From positions 48,114,001 through 48,178,000 of the forward strand of contig NC_086097.1 in NCBI RefSeq assembly GCF_963921235.1: 64,000 bases of DNA, in the 5' to 3' direction. This stretch comes from Mobula hypostoma (lineage: Eukaryota). Both the position numbers and the translations under genes were made by a program. The notes beneath the pieces are model-generated. The model did no database searches and had not been told where the DNA came from. It saw only the letters and a program-made list of their open reading frames with translations. Of the stretch, positions 13,348 to 25,789 are shown in pieces; the first letter of the stretch is position 1; every line of letters starts with the position of its first letter.

Positions 13348-14404
13348 GGCTACGTCTACACTATGCTGGATAATTTTGAAAACGCTGCTTTCGAGCAAAA
13401 ATGATAGGCGTCCACACTAAGCATTTTTTAAACTATCTCTGTCCACATTAGATGGATATTTGGGCGAATCTCCTCCTACTGGGCATGCGTAGGACACACA
13501 GAAAACAAGCGAAGAGGAAATGGTATACCTAATGCACGTTTGTCCAGTTACAGAGTAGAAAAACTTCAAAGGAATTGCTCTTGGCTCTCGTGCAGGAGAA
13601 CTTAAAACTGAAAAAAAACAAATACTGGAGCGTATGGAGGCAACTGACAGGGAGTTCACTGACAGTATGACCCGGCTGACGACGAACATTGGAAAACTGA
13701 CTAACTCTGTTGCATTAATAAAGCACTTTGTTAAATGTATAAAACACGTCTGCATCAGTGTTATCTTGTATTTCCATACAATGTTACATTAGGCTGTTAC
13801 ACATCTATTGTCAGAGAACAACTTGCATAAATAGGTGAACCACCTTCATACAAGCAAGGACAGAAAACAGGGCAAAGTGAGTATACTTATTTATTCAGTA
13901 AGCTATGGGTCAAAGTATTTGGTGAGTACATTTCTAACTCTTCTGGCTTCAATCTCGTTGCCGTCTGTTCTGAAATTGTTAGGTTATGTGGGGGGTTGCG
14001 TTCAAGAAAACAACGAAATGCTGTGCTGTGGCCATCTGTTCCAGCACGTCATGACAGCGTTTTTAAATAATTTTGAAAAAAGCTCACTTTACAATTTAAC
14101 TCTCACGCCGTTCACACCGACTGCGCGTTATAACAGCCGTACGGCAGTGCTTGCGCAGTACCGAGCAGAAGCAGAAAAAGCATTGTTGTTGTGGTGTTGT
14201 CATGACAGCGTTCTTAAATCTCTCCGTTTACCCCGTACACACTACAACGGATATTAGGCGTTTTCAGATTTATTCACTCTGGAGACAGTTTCTGAATATC
14301 TCCGTATTCGGGGGATGAAAACGCCACTTCAGTGTGGACGGAGGGTCAAAACAAAGAGAAAAAGCTTCGTTTTCAAAATTATCTGGCGTAGTGTGGACGT
14401 AGCC
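13348..14404. mobile_element. PIF/Harbinger-type non-autonomous DNA transposon inserted in an old Penelope-like fragment
   Basis: TIRs 'ggctacgtctacactatgctggataattttgaaaacg' and 'cgttttcaaaattatctggcgtagtgtggacgtagcc'; GGC...GCC termini; 3-bp flanks ACA/GCA. Confidence 0.8.
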
Positions 14405-15393
14405 GCAGACTGGAGCGTGATGAGTGGGGACACAAAGGATACAGGTGCTGAAATCTGATGTAAGGAAGGTGATAATGGGAACCATTCAACAGAGGTTAGT
14501 TCTGGGAGGTGGTTCTGCCCTGTTTTCCAATGTTTGCTATGTCCTGCAGAAAATGTGTGGGTGTTTCCTGTATGTACAGTAATGCCATCTCAGTTGGATA
14601 CTATTGCAAGAGGTGCAGCTGACGGCATGGTCCCAGAAATTTCACCAGTATCACTACCTGCAATTTCCCTTTAATATTAATATCAATTGCAAAGTCAAGC
14701 CTTTATCTTCCCCAAACATTGCGCTCCCTGCAACCATTGACTGGCCTCCCAATGCACAGCAAGCTCTTGCGGTTCCAACAATATTTTTTTTGAATGTGTT
14801 TAGTAAGCAGGGTGAATAGTTAAAAAGCAGGAAGCAGGTCTCCTGGCTAATATATTACTTAGAAATATATCAAAATCATTTAATGTTTTTTAAAATTGCC
14901 AACATTACATTGGTAGTTCAGATGAGGGGTCACCATCCTGAAATGTCAGTGTTGTCTCTCTCTGTACACATTGCCTGATCTGCTGAGCCATGCTGCTGCA
15001 TTTCATGTTTTTGTTTCAGATTTGCAGCACCTACAATATTTTATTTTTGAACATTTGACTGTTTCCTGAGGAATTGATACTTTTTGAATCTGCCTCTCTT
15101 CCACGTTGCCACCGCCAGCTGGGTTCAGCAGAGCCACTGGGCCTGGATAATGCTGCTGTGAAGTTCTGGCCCTCTTCAGAAGTGACTCAGATTGCAGTCA
15201 AGGGTACCTTCTCGACAGAATGTATGCCACAGCAGGAAGCAGCTAAGGAGTCTAACCAGCGCAGAGCACAGGTTGGGAGTCTAATATCTAGGTACTGGGT
15301 AATATTTGTTGATGTAAAATACTGTCAGGTAGAATAGTTGTATTAGTTTGTTTTATTAGTGTATATTCAAACATGCAGTTTAGGTGCCATATA

Positions 15394-16749
15394 CATGCCT
15401 ATGAAAAGTCTTCATCCCGCGCCCCCTCCCCACCTGGTAGTTTTCATGTTTTATTGTTTTACAACAATGATTCACAGTGGTTTTAATTTGGCTTTTTGAC
15501 ACTGATGAACAGAAAAAGACTCTTTTGTGTCAAAGTGAAAACAGATCTCTACAAAAATTAATTACAAATATAAAACTTAAAATAATTGACTGCATGAGAA
15601 TTCACCCCCTTTAATATTGCACACCAAATAATCATTGGGGCAGCCAATTGGTTTTAGAAGTCACATAATTAGTTAAATGGAGATCTGTTTTTCGAGACCT
15701 GTGTGCAGTCAAGGTGTTTCAATTGATTGTAGTAAGAATACACCTGTATCTGGAAGGTCCAAATGCTGGTGATTCGGTATCCTGACAAAAACTACACCAT
15801 GAAGACAAAAGAACACTCCAAGCAACTTTGCGCAAAGGTTATTGAAAAGCACAAGCTGGGAAGTGGATACAAGAAAATTTCCAAGTCCCTGAATATTCCT
15901 TGGAGCACAGTTAAGTCAATCTTTAAGAAAGGGAAAGAATGTGGCACAGCTGAAATTCTGCCTAGAGCAGAGCATCCTCAAAAACTGAGGGACCATGCAA
16001 GAAAGGCTCTAGTGAAGAAGGCCAGCTAGAGACCTATGACAACTCTAGAGGAGTTACAGGCTTCATTGGCTGAGATGGGAGAGACTGCACATACAACAAC
16101 TGTTGGCCGGGTACTGCACCAGTCGCAGCTTTATGGGAGAGTGGCAAAGAGAAAGCCACTGTTGAAAAAACACATGAAATCTTGGCTAGAGTTTGTCAGA
16201 AGACTCTGAAGTCAGCTGGAAGAAAGCTTATGGTCTGATGAAACCAAAATAGAGCTTTTTGGCATCAGACCAAACACTATGTTTGGCATAAGTCAAACAC
16301 CACACATCACCATAAACACACCATCCCTACCGTGAAGCATGGTGGTGGCTGCATCATGTTCTGGGGATGTTTCACTGCAGCAGGCTCTGGAAGGCTTGTG
16401 AAGGTAGAGGGTAAAATGAATGCAGCAAAATACAGGGAAATCCTGGAGGAAAACCCGATGCAGTCTGCAAGAGAACTGCAACTTTGGAGAAGATTTGTTT
16501 TCCAGCAAGACAATGACTCCAAGCTTAAAGCCAAAACTACACAGGAATAGCTTAAAAACAACAGTTAATGTCCTGGAGCGGCCAAGTCAAGAGTCCAGAT
16601 CTCAATCCAACTGAAAATTTGTGGCTGGGTTTGAAAAGGGCTGTTCACTCATGATCCCCATGCAAGCTGCCAGAGCTTGAGCAGTTTTGTAAAGAAGGAT
16701 GGGGAAAAAATTGCAGTGTCCAGATGTGCAAAGTTGATAGAGACCTATG
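15394..16749 (+). mobile_element. Tc1-family transposon, 3'-truncated, with pseudogenised transposase (ATG at 15799)
   Basis: Paired-like HTH MKTKEHSKQL..GYKKISKSLNIPWSTV; catalytic motifs WSDETKIELFG, KHGGGCIMFWGCF, FQQDND, SPDLNPTENLW; stops and frameshifts. TA precedes the left end; no right TIR seen. Confidence 0.92.
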
Positions 16750-16939
16750 GATTTTGTACTATGTGGTCTAACAGGCTTTGAAGTCTTTTTAGAGTAGAGG
16801 AACCAAAGATGGATCACAGTACTTTAACTGTGGTCTATACAATATTTGTTTCAATTATTCCTCAGGCAGCAATTTCCACTGAATCCATTGTATCTCTTCC
16901 CAATGCTGCTTTTAGTGACCATAATGAGATGCAGAGCCA

Positions 16940-17540
16940 GGATTAGAACAGTTATTACCCTACAACCATTCGGCTTCTGAACTGGCGTGGATAACTTCAA
17001 TCACCACAACCCTGAACTAATTCCACAACCTACAGACTTTCTTTTAAGGACTCCTTGCAACTCATGTTCTTGGTATTATTTTTTACTTGCGTAGTTTGTC
17101 TTCCTTTGCACATTGGCTGCTTGTCAGTCCTTGTCTGTTTATCTATAGTTTTAAAATTTATTTTATTTATTTAGGGATACAGTGCCGAGTAAGGCCTTCT
17201 GGCCCTTCCAGCCATACTGTCCCAGCACCCCCCACAACCCTGATTAATGCTAACCTAATCACGGGCCAATTTACAACGACCAATTAACTGTCTTTGGACT
17301 GTGCAAGGAAACTGGAAGAGCAGGGAAAACCAATGGTGTGGCCGTACAGCGACTCGTTACAGTACGGTGCCGGAATTGAACCATTAAACGCCCTGAGCTG
17401 TAATAGTGTCGTGCTAACTGCTCCGCTGACTTCTATTGTATTTATTTTTCCCCGTAAATGCCTGCAAGAAAATGAATCTGGAGATGGTATATGGTAGCGT
17501 ATATGTCCATTTATAATAAATTTACTTTGAACTTTGAAAC
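16940..17540 (+). mobile_element. LINE 3' end with a nested antisense SINE (about 17160-17430)
   Basis: Tail 'aataaatttactttgaactttga'. The inner part resembles the SINE at 48985-49235. Confidence 0.6.
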
Positions 17541-19052
17541 GAAAAGAAGGATATCCTGCTCCCCATGACCTTCTGTCAGACTGGTGGAAAATGCTGGAAT
17601 ACTGTGGTTTAGATCAGTGAATAAGTCCCTGGCAGCAAAGATTACTCATATTGTGTTCTGGACATCATCAAAGTGAAGTAATCTGAAACAGATTTATACA
17701 CTGTCTGACAGGAAGTAAAGAAGCATAAAGAGAAAACACTGCAGCATGTGTTAATCACAGCAGGCCTTTTTATAAATCTGAAGCTTGAATCCATTTCAGC
17801 TTAGTTCAATGCCAGTTTTCATCTATGTGATTCATTTGGAATTGTAGCAGGAAGACAAAATGCTGCCGCATCTGATATGTAATCAAATAATACATTTAAT
17901 CATCTTCTTTGTATTGTAGCTATGTCGCTAGTGACAATGACAATCATCACATGCGATAAGACGATCTTCCTATCACACCACCACCTGCATTACAGGAAGA
18001 TCTCAGTTCTTGAAGACTGTTATTAGAAAGACAGAGATCAACAACAAATATAACAACACAATCACCTTCTGACAAATTGGAGTAAATTAGCAACCTGTTG
18101 CCCTTGACAGAAATCCAGAATTTCTATTGTTTTCAATGGAATTTAAAATCTGCTGCTATATAATGGGTGGACAAGGTCTCTTCGAGAAGTGTGTAACTTT
18201 ATGTTCTGTATCGAAATGGCCCAGTTACTTGTTAGCTATAATGAACATAATTAAGACAGACGGCAAGAAATGAAAACTTCACCAGTTGTGAGTACATTCT
18301 CTTTTAAACAAGATGTTATCATTACTACGGATCAAGCTCAATTTAAACACTCTGCCATAATCTTTGGTTGAAGCGATCCTGAAATTGCCTGGATCTGGGA
18401 GGAAAAGAGGCTATGATGTTTATTGCTCTGAAAGAGCACATTTAGGAAGCTTTTCTTTTGAAATAGGCTGTCTGATTTGATTTGAACAATTTCTGATTAT
18501 AAAACCTACTGGGTGTTTGTACTATGCCAGAATTTGTTAAAGATGCTGCTGCCCATCAGCCACCGTACAATTCAGGCCGGAAGGAAATGTCAGAAAATGA
18601 TGTGTGAACAAATGTAAGGTGCAGAATTAGAAATTGATTTTATCATAGACTTAATAATTGAGTATCACTTCGCTCACTAGCAGGTTTGACTCTGCACGTT
18701 GTAATGTACTGTAGTTGTGATCCTTTTTGAGAACATTTCCTTCATCGCTTTTTCATTAAATAAACACCTCAGAGTTTGTGATTGCTGGTAGATTCAAGCA
18801 TATGCCCCATAACAATCACACATGGAGGCTAAAAATATCCTGTCCCATCTCTCAGTGGAAGTATACAGGAAAAGCTAGGTTTTAATTCAGAATCCAGATG
18901 CTATTGATCCCAAAATTGCACTGGCGGTTCATTGAAAGTTTCTGATTATACATTAGTGGCTGAAGAATAAAAAAGGAGATGTTGAGCATGTGAGAGAGAA
19001 TAAATGCAAGGACATGAAGAAATAAGGAGTCAGGAATGGGACTGATATTCAA

Positions 19053-19188
19053 TCACAAACAGGAGAAAATCCGCAGATGCTGGAAATCGAAACAACACAC
19101 CCAAAATGCTGGAGGAACTCAGCAGGCCAGGCAGCATCTATGGAAAAAAGTACAGCTGAAGTTTCGGGCCGAGACCCTTCAGCAGGAC
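19053..19188 (-). mobile_element. Short Penelope-derived insert: hammerhead-like motif plus downstream tail
   Basis: - strand 'gtc ctgctga agggtctcggccc gaaa cttc'. Imperfect TSD tgggactgatatt / tgggactaatgtt (19037-19049, 19194-19206). Confidence 0.75.
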
Positions 19189-19936
19189 CTTCGTGGGACT
19201 AATGTTATTGCTCTGCTGCCAGCCAGTATAAACCAAGTGGGCCAACTGGCCCCCTTCTGTGATATAATTAGTAAGTAAGTTCTTTCCAGCACAGATTTTG
19301 AAATAAAAGTAAGGTTGTTTCAGAGCCTCTGCTTGCCTGGTGTCATAGGAAGGACAGGATTTGGATGGGTGTCCAAGATTTGGAATTTCTATGACCTGGA
19401 GCCTCTGGCATGCCCATTGATCCAGTAGGATTTCTGTTTGCCGTATGGTTGGGACTGAAATGGAGTGTGGTTCTGGTTTTGAAAGGGTGAAAAACCAAAA
19501 GAGCAGCAAGAGGGCAATGGTGGAAAATTCACTTTCTGTTGGGGATAGACTGGAGAGGATTCCCCAGATAGCCCCCTGACCTGACCATCTAAGTACTGAC
19601 TTCCTCCGGGCATGCCAGTTTCCTCCTGCATTCCGAAGATGAACGGTTAGGCTTAGTGAGTTGTGGGCATGCAATGTTGGCGCCAGAACTGCGGCGATAC
19701 CTCAAACACAATCCTTAGACCGTGTTGGTCGTTGACACTAAGCACTGTATTTCACTGTATGTTTCAGTCTTTTGATGATAAATAGAGCTAATAATCTCAT
19801 AAGCAGTCTTCAGTAGAAGGCTACATAGTCACACAAGTACCTGCCAGGAGGAAACAAATGTGGTGAATTCTTTTTGGTCCTATATTAACTGTAAAGGCTA
19901 TCGGGGGCATAATGCCAGCAAAAGTAGCAAGGTACT

Positions 19937-20130
19937 TCACAAGCATTAGAAAATCTGCAGAAGCCGGAAATCCAAAGCAACACACGCAAAATGCTGGAGC
20001 AACTCAGCAGGTCAGGCAGCGTCTATGGAAAAGAGTAGGCAGCCAACGTTTCAGGCTGAGACCCTTCTTCATGCACTTCCATAGATGCTGCCTGACCTGC
20101 TGAGTTCCTCCAGCATTTTGCGTGTGTTAC
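19937..20130. mobile_element. Palindromic Penelope-derived mini-element
   Basis: 50-bp inverted arms 19981-20030 and 20077-20126 with 2 mismatches, around a partial hammerhead. Flanking direct repeat CAAGGTA. Confidence 0.8.
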
Positions 20131-23100
20131 CAAGGTAAGCAGCTAAAATTATACAAGTGTTATTTTCAGTCAGACTCAGTCTTTTCAAAATAAATATCCA
20201 AGGACGGGAAATCAGCTGAGAAAAAAAATAGTCTTGCATTTGCATTGTGACATTTGTAAACTCAGGATGTCCCAGTAGAGCTAAGGAAGCAACTTCTGGA
20301 GTGTGGTCACTATAGTACTGTAGAAAGTGGAAAGGGGGATAATGTAACAGTGCCGTGTTTTTGCTGAATGTAGCAATCTTCAGTGTCCTCTTTAAGAGGT
20401 TGCTTCATTACAGGAACAGATGGTGCTGGGCACATTAGACTGCGCCTCCGCTGCCTTTTTACAGGTGTGGGTTGCCTCCACCCATGGCTCCTGTGACCTT
20501 GCCAATGAGGATTCTGTCTTGGGCCTCCTGTCCTTTTACTTTAAAATGCCACCTGCGCTATTGCATCCAAAGATGTCTGACATTCACTAATAAATAATTT
20601 TCATCTCCCTGAGATCCATGTTCTAGTGATAACCATGATAAAAACAGGGTGAGTACTTCTTTGCTGTAGCAGTTGAGCACTCTGTGCATGTATTCAGAAT
20701 ACCTCATGAATTTTGGGAAGAAAAGAGTTGACTGTGAGAGATAAATTATAAAGATTGAACGGCTGAATGAGCTGTTTTACACAACTTGGGAACAGAGCTC
20801 ACAATTTATTCTATTGCATGACAGGCCTCATACCACAGTCCACTTCTAACCATCAATTCTTTGTACTGTTGCATAAAGCAGCCTATCCTGACACTTTATC
20901 AGTATATTAGCTTTGGTTTCCTATATCCTGGAAGAAAGAATACCGAGATAAACTAGATAGTATAGTATATTAGACATGTGCCTTTGCTATAATGTAAGCT
21001 GACAATACCCCATGGTCACATACTTTATGACTGATAAGCTGAGGTTTATTTCATTTTTCAAGCTGGAACCACAATAGAGAACAGAAATCTGGTCTGTTTT
21101 TTAGCTATACAAACCTTAGATATTGTTACTTAACCTTCCAATAGTTTTACAACTGCCAGCCAGTCGTTCAGCTAAAGCAGCTTGTAACTGAGCTTGAGGA
21201 GTTGAAAAATCCATGATGTGATTGCTAATCTATGTCAAGTTTGTGATAGCTCGACTGACAATAAGAAGCCTGTAATGGCCGCCTTTGCTCCTGGGCAGGA
21301 ATTCACAAATTCACCAGGTTTCCTGACCCCAACTCCTATCTACTGATTCTGCTGGATAGTGAGATAGTGTGCACCTGCCAGCCATAGTTTCCAGCACTTG
21401 TGACCTCAGCTTTCGTAAAAATAATGCCAACTTGGCCACTAAGTACAGCCTGATATTCTCCCTGTTAAAAATCAACACATTTTCAATGAGAGACTGAGAA
21501 GCCAATAATGCCAAGGTTTTCTTACAAAATGTGAAAATTTCATACAAAGTGCAGTATTATTTGGGGGGGCGGAAGGTCTACTGCTTATACCATAGCTTCA
21601 AGTTGATGAACCAATATTTTTTAACATGAATGAGCAATAACTACAATGGTGATCTTTTGGTGAGCTGGATTGTTTTGAAGTCAATGTTAATGCTCAATGA
21701 TTAACCTTTGAATGTTAAGAACATAGAACACTACAGCACAGTAAAGGCCCCTCGGCCCATAATTTGATTAAATTAATTTGATATTCTGTTGCATTTTAAC
21801 TGTTAACATAATGGAAGTACATCATAAAGGCACTTGAAGTAAATTTTAAAGCTGCTGTTTAATATTACTATCATATTTGGAGCTGATATATTTTTTCATA
21901 TTACGAGTGCATTGAAATACAATTAACAACAGTATTTTTCAATATGGTTTCTTTTAATACCACAATATCATGCCATCTGTTTATCCAGATGTAAAAATAT
22001 CAATGCATTATGAGTAAGGAGTCAAATATATCGAAATCAATTATGTTTATTCGCAACTGATACTTAGGAAGGACATCAAAAAGAAAATGATCAGCCAAGC
22101 AGCGTGGATTGTCTGTGTGCCAAAATATTTGCTCTCTTTTAAAAACCTGGCAGATAGAATTTTAGCTTCTCTTTTCTCCTGTGTTCTGGAAACTGTCATC
22201 TTTTTGTGTGGCAGTGCAGGTCTATGAGAAGCAGCCCACCTAGAAATACAAATCTTGTCAAATTCACCATTTGATAAAAATAAATGGCATCTCATCCTGA
22301 CATTAACGACAAGAATGGGGGTTCTGATGTGCTTATCAGACTAAAGTAGGAGGTCTGGTCATTACCAGTGTAAAGGCAGTATTATCTGCTTGCAGGATTA
22401 GATAACCAGGAACGAGGGAGGTATGTGTGAGTGATGAACCACACAAAGCAACTGTCTGATCAGTAGAACAGTTGTCAAATTCATCTGCATTTGTAACTGG
22501 AGCTTTCTATAATGAATAGTTGCAAAGTATTGATTAGAGCTTGTCGCTGAGAAGGGCTTACAGTACTTTGTAGTAAAGTCTTGCATGTGTCTAAGTAAAC
22601 GGTTCATCTGTAACTAAGATTATTTAGAAACAAATATTGGATGTGGAAAATCAATAGAAGATTTGATGCTCTACTGTAGCTTTGCTTATCTTCAGAACTT
22701 TCTATTCACGTAGAGGGAGAGCTGTGTCTTTTCTTCTGGGGGGGAGGAAATGGGAAAACTAAAAACAAGCAGAATTACTTAAGGTTTGTTTCTGGAAAAA
22801 GAACTGGCAGTTTGTCAAAAGAGGGAAACTGTCCATTCAGAAATGATAAGCCTGTGGAATTTGTAACACTTGGCCAAAAGAAGACGCTCAAACAATAATA
22901 GTTTTCACATTGTCTCAGATGTAATAGCTGATAGATCATAGGTTCATGACAGACAGACAGTTCCATACGTGCTTGCTTATGTACATTCATATGCACACCA
23001 CGTACACACAAAATATGAACATAAATTGGCTCATGTACTTCCTGATGCATGGCTCCCCACTTCATTATGGAGCTGGGCACACATGTCAGTGAGCTGATTT

Positions 23101-23321
23101 CAGGGGGCTTGGAACCAGGCTAATTATGCCACGTTGAAAATTCCCAGAAAAAATATTGGACCTCAATACAGATAAAGACACCATTAGTATCACTAGGAAT
23201 GAAGCTCGGTGGTTTTAATTTCATTTTGATTTTGTTGGCTTCCACAGCTACAGTGTAACACAAAATTGTATTCTTTGCAGAATATTAAGTATAAACTTTA
23301 ATGCCTTCTTTATTTCTGAAG

Positions 23322-23547
23322 TGTTGGGCACATGGCCAAGCGGTTAAGACTTTCGTCTAGTGATCTGAAGGTTGCTAGTTCGAGCCTCAGCTGTGGCAGC
23401 ATGTTTATGCCCTTGAGCAAGGCACTTAACCACACTTTGCTCTAGTGTCTGTGCGAGGAGTGGTGCCCCACACAGACTTCCAATCTGCTCCTTGTAAGGT
23501 GTGAAAATGCCTGACGCAGGCCTCTCATGGTCTGAGTTGACGTTCCC
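23322..23547 (+). mobile_element. tRNA-derived SINE with CORE-like segment
   Basis: A box 'tggccaagcgg', B box 'gttcgagcc', CORE-like 'ccttgagcaaggcacttaacc'. Perfect 14-bp TSD CTTTATTTCTGAAG (23308-23321, 23548-23561). Second copy at 49360. Confidence 0.88.
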
Positions 23548-24121
23548 CTTTATTTCTGAAGAGGCTTCCTGTAGCCAGGGTTTTGTATTGGAGTTACACA
23601 GCTCCAAGAAGTAAGAGGTGTGGGTGATAACTTGGTGAGAGGCAAAGTCACCAACTCTCCAAGCTCTAACCCTCTCGCCTCCACCTTATTTAATTGATTT
23701 TTCCCATCTCGGGAATATGTCAGACCCTGCCTTTCGGTGTTACCCCTGTAGATATTTGGAGTTAAAATTCAAAGGACTACTTTACCTACATAATTAACTA
23801 TGGGTTATGCTGACAGGTTGGGAAATATTAAAACCATCTTCAATGTGCTGGTGTTAGTGCAGACTAAATGACAGAATAGCTATGGAAATGCATGGCCACT
23901 TTATACCGACCTGTTCCAGCATTAAACATACCACAAAGTTTACTCTACCAAAGCTGTATTTTTGTATGCTAGATATTAGGTTGAAGTGAAGAGTGATGTG
24001 TGTCCAGGTCCAAGCTCTTTCTATTTGATCTCCCTATCCATTATGCTTATTTAATACTGATAGTAGCTCCTGAAGCCTTTTCTACTTTTCAATGCTGTTA
24101 TTGCACATATTTTAAAATATT

Positions 24122-24365
24122 AAAAAAATTGCAGATGCTGGAAATCTGAAAGCTTCTGAAGCATTTTCTATTTTCGTTACGTATTCTAGATACACGAACT
24201 AAAGACAGAAAATGCTGGAAACTGAACAGTTCAAGCAGTTTCTATGGAAGGAGAAACAGTTCTAATGTTTTCATCTGAAGATACTTTTTCCACAGTTGCT
24301 GCCTGTCCTGCTGTGCATTTCCAGTATTTTTAGTATAATTTTCAGATTTTTAACATCTGCATTTA
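24122..24365. repeat. Older palindromic Penelope-tail-like element
   Basis: 'tgcagatgctggaaatctgaa' at the left and 'ttcagatttttaacatctgca' at the right; inner arms 'aaaatgctggaaa' / 'tttccagtatttt'. Confidence 0.6.
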
Positions 24366-24385
24366 AAAAAAATACAAATGTTTGT

Positions 24386-24812
24386 AATTGAATTGACTTT
24401 ATATCTTACATTCTTCACAGAAATGAGGAATAAAAATCTTTACGTTACGTCTCTGTCTAAATGTGCAATGTGCAATCATAGCAATTTATAATAAATAGAA
24501 CAGTCAATGTAACAGAGATACTCAAATCATCGTGAGTTGATCAGTCTGATGGCCTGGTGGAAGAAGCTGTCCTGGAGGCTGTTGGTCCTGGCTTTTATGC
24601 TGTGGTACCGTTTCCCAGATGGTAGCAGCTGGAATAGATTGTGGTTGGGATGACTTGGGTCCCCAATGATCCTTCAGATCCTTTTTACACACCTGTCTTT
24701 GAAAATGTCCTGAATCATGGGAAGTTCACATCTACAGATGCACTGGGCTGTCTGCATCACTCTCTGCAGAATCTTGTGATTAAGGGAAGTACAGTTCCCA
24801 TACCACACCATA
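24386..24812 (-). mobile_element. Rex1/Babar-like LINE 3' end
   Basis: 'aattgaattgactttat' tail and 'gatggcctggtggaagaagctgtcc' block, typical of the reverse complement of this family's 3' end. Confidence 0.65.
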
Positions 24813-25789
24813 ATATTCTATATGTAAGAGCTGTTGTATTTTTGGGTTTTTAATCTGAAAGATATATTTCTGAGTTTCAGCATATCTGACTAATTCTATT
24901 AGTGAACCTTTATTCCCTTCATATGCCCAGTACAGATAATTTTGAGCCAGCTTAGAGATCATATGCCTTCATGTGACTATCCATGGAAAGAACAAACAGC
25001 CCAAGAAGCTATAGTTCAAGGGGTTGGGACAGTAACTCCTTCATGTTTGTGGTTAACCTTGACCTTCATTTGATCCTAGGGTGGTTTTAATCTTCCAAAT
25101 TGGGTTTTAACTGCTATAAAACTACCATGGGACTATCTCCACTTGATATTCCTCTCTTAGGAAAAGAACATTGGTTGAGTGTAAACTGGCCCTGTCAAAT
25201 ATACAATTTTATTCTTTTTACCTCAAACTTTGTATTGAAAGGCTGAATCTCATTTTAAGACTAAAATAGTAAAATTAATGCTAATGGGGGAGGTGAAAGC
25301 TGAATTTCAATGTCATAAACCTGATCACAATATTGAACTTTACCATTACAAGGATGGAAACAATAATTTCTTCACCATGAGCTCAAGAACTCTATGTCAC
25401 TATTCCTTGTTTGCTCTATTTATTTCTTTTTTATTTTAACTTATGTTGATTTTTTAATATTTTGCATTGCACTGCTTCCACAAAATAACAACTTTCACCA
25501 CATGTGTCAGTGACAATAAACCTGATTCTGATTAAGGGATCTTTAGAACAGGTAGAATGTGTGGAACTTTAGATGTTCAGATTTAGATCCATCTTTCTTC
25601 TCATTGTTTAGAATTTCTATTGTACTGAAAATCACACAACTACTTCAGTCAGGGTTAACACTTGCATTGAAAATAAACTGTATAGTTTAAAAGAACTCTG
25701 CTGCTCACTGAAGTTCTAGATCACCACAGTAATATTAGAGTATCAGCTTGTCCATATTTGGCAGTTTCCTGAAAACTACACCACATCTG

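Noticed and set aside
19138..19674. 178-aa ORF
   Set aside because: It spans several unrelated repeats on the antisense strand and has no recognisable domain.
20465..20649. AG...GTGAGT-bounded segment as a coding exon
   Set aside because: All three frames hit stop codons before the donor; a non-coding exon cannot be supported from sequence alone.
23322..23400. tRNA gene (also 49360-49440 and 1423-1490)
   Set aside because: A/B boxes are present, but there is no clean cloverleaf or T-run terminator, and the sequence continues into a SINE body.
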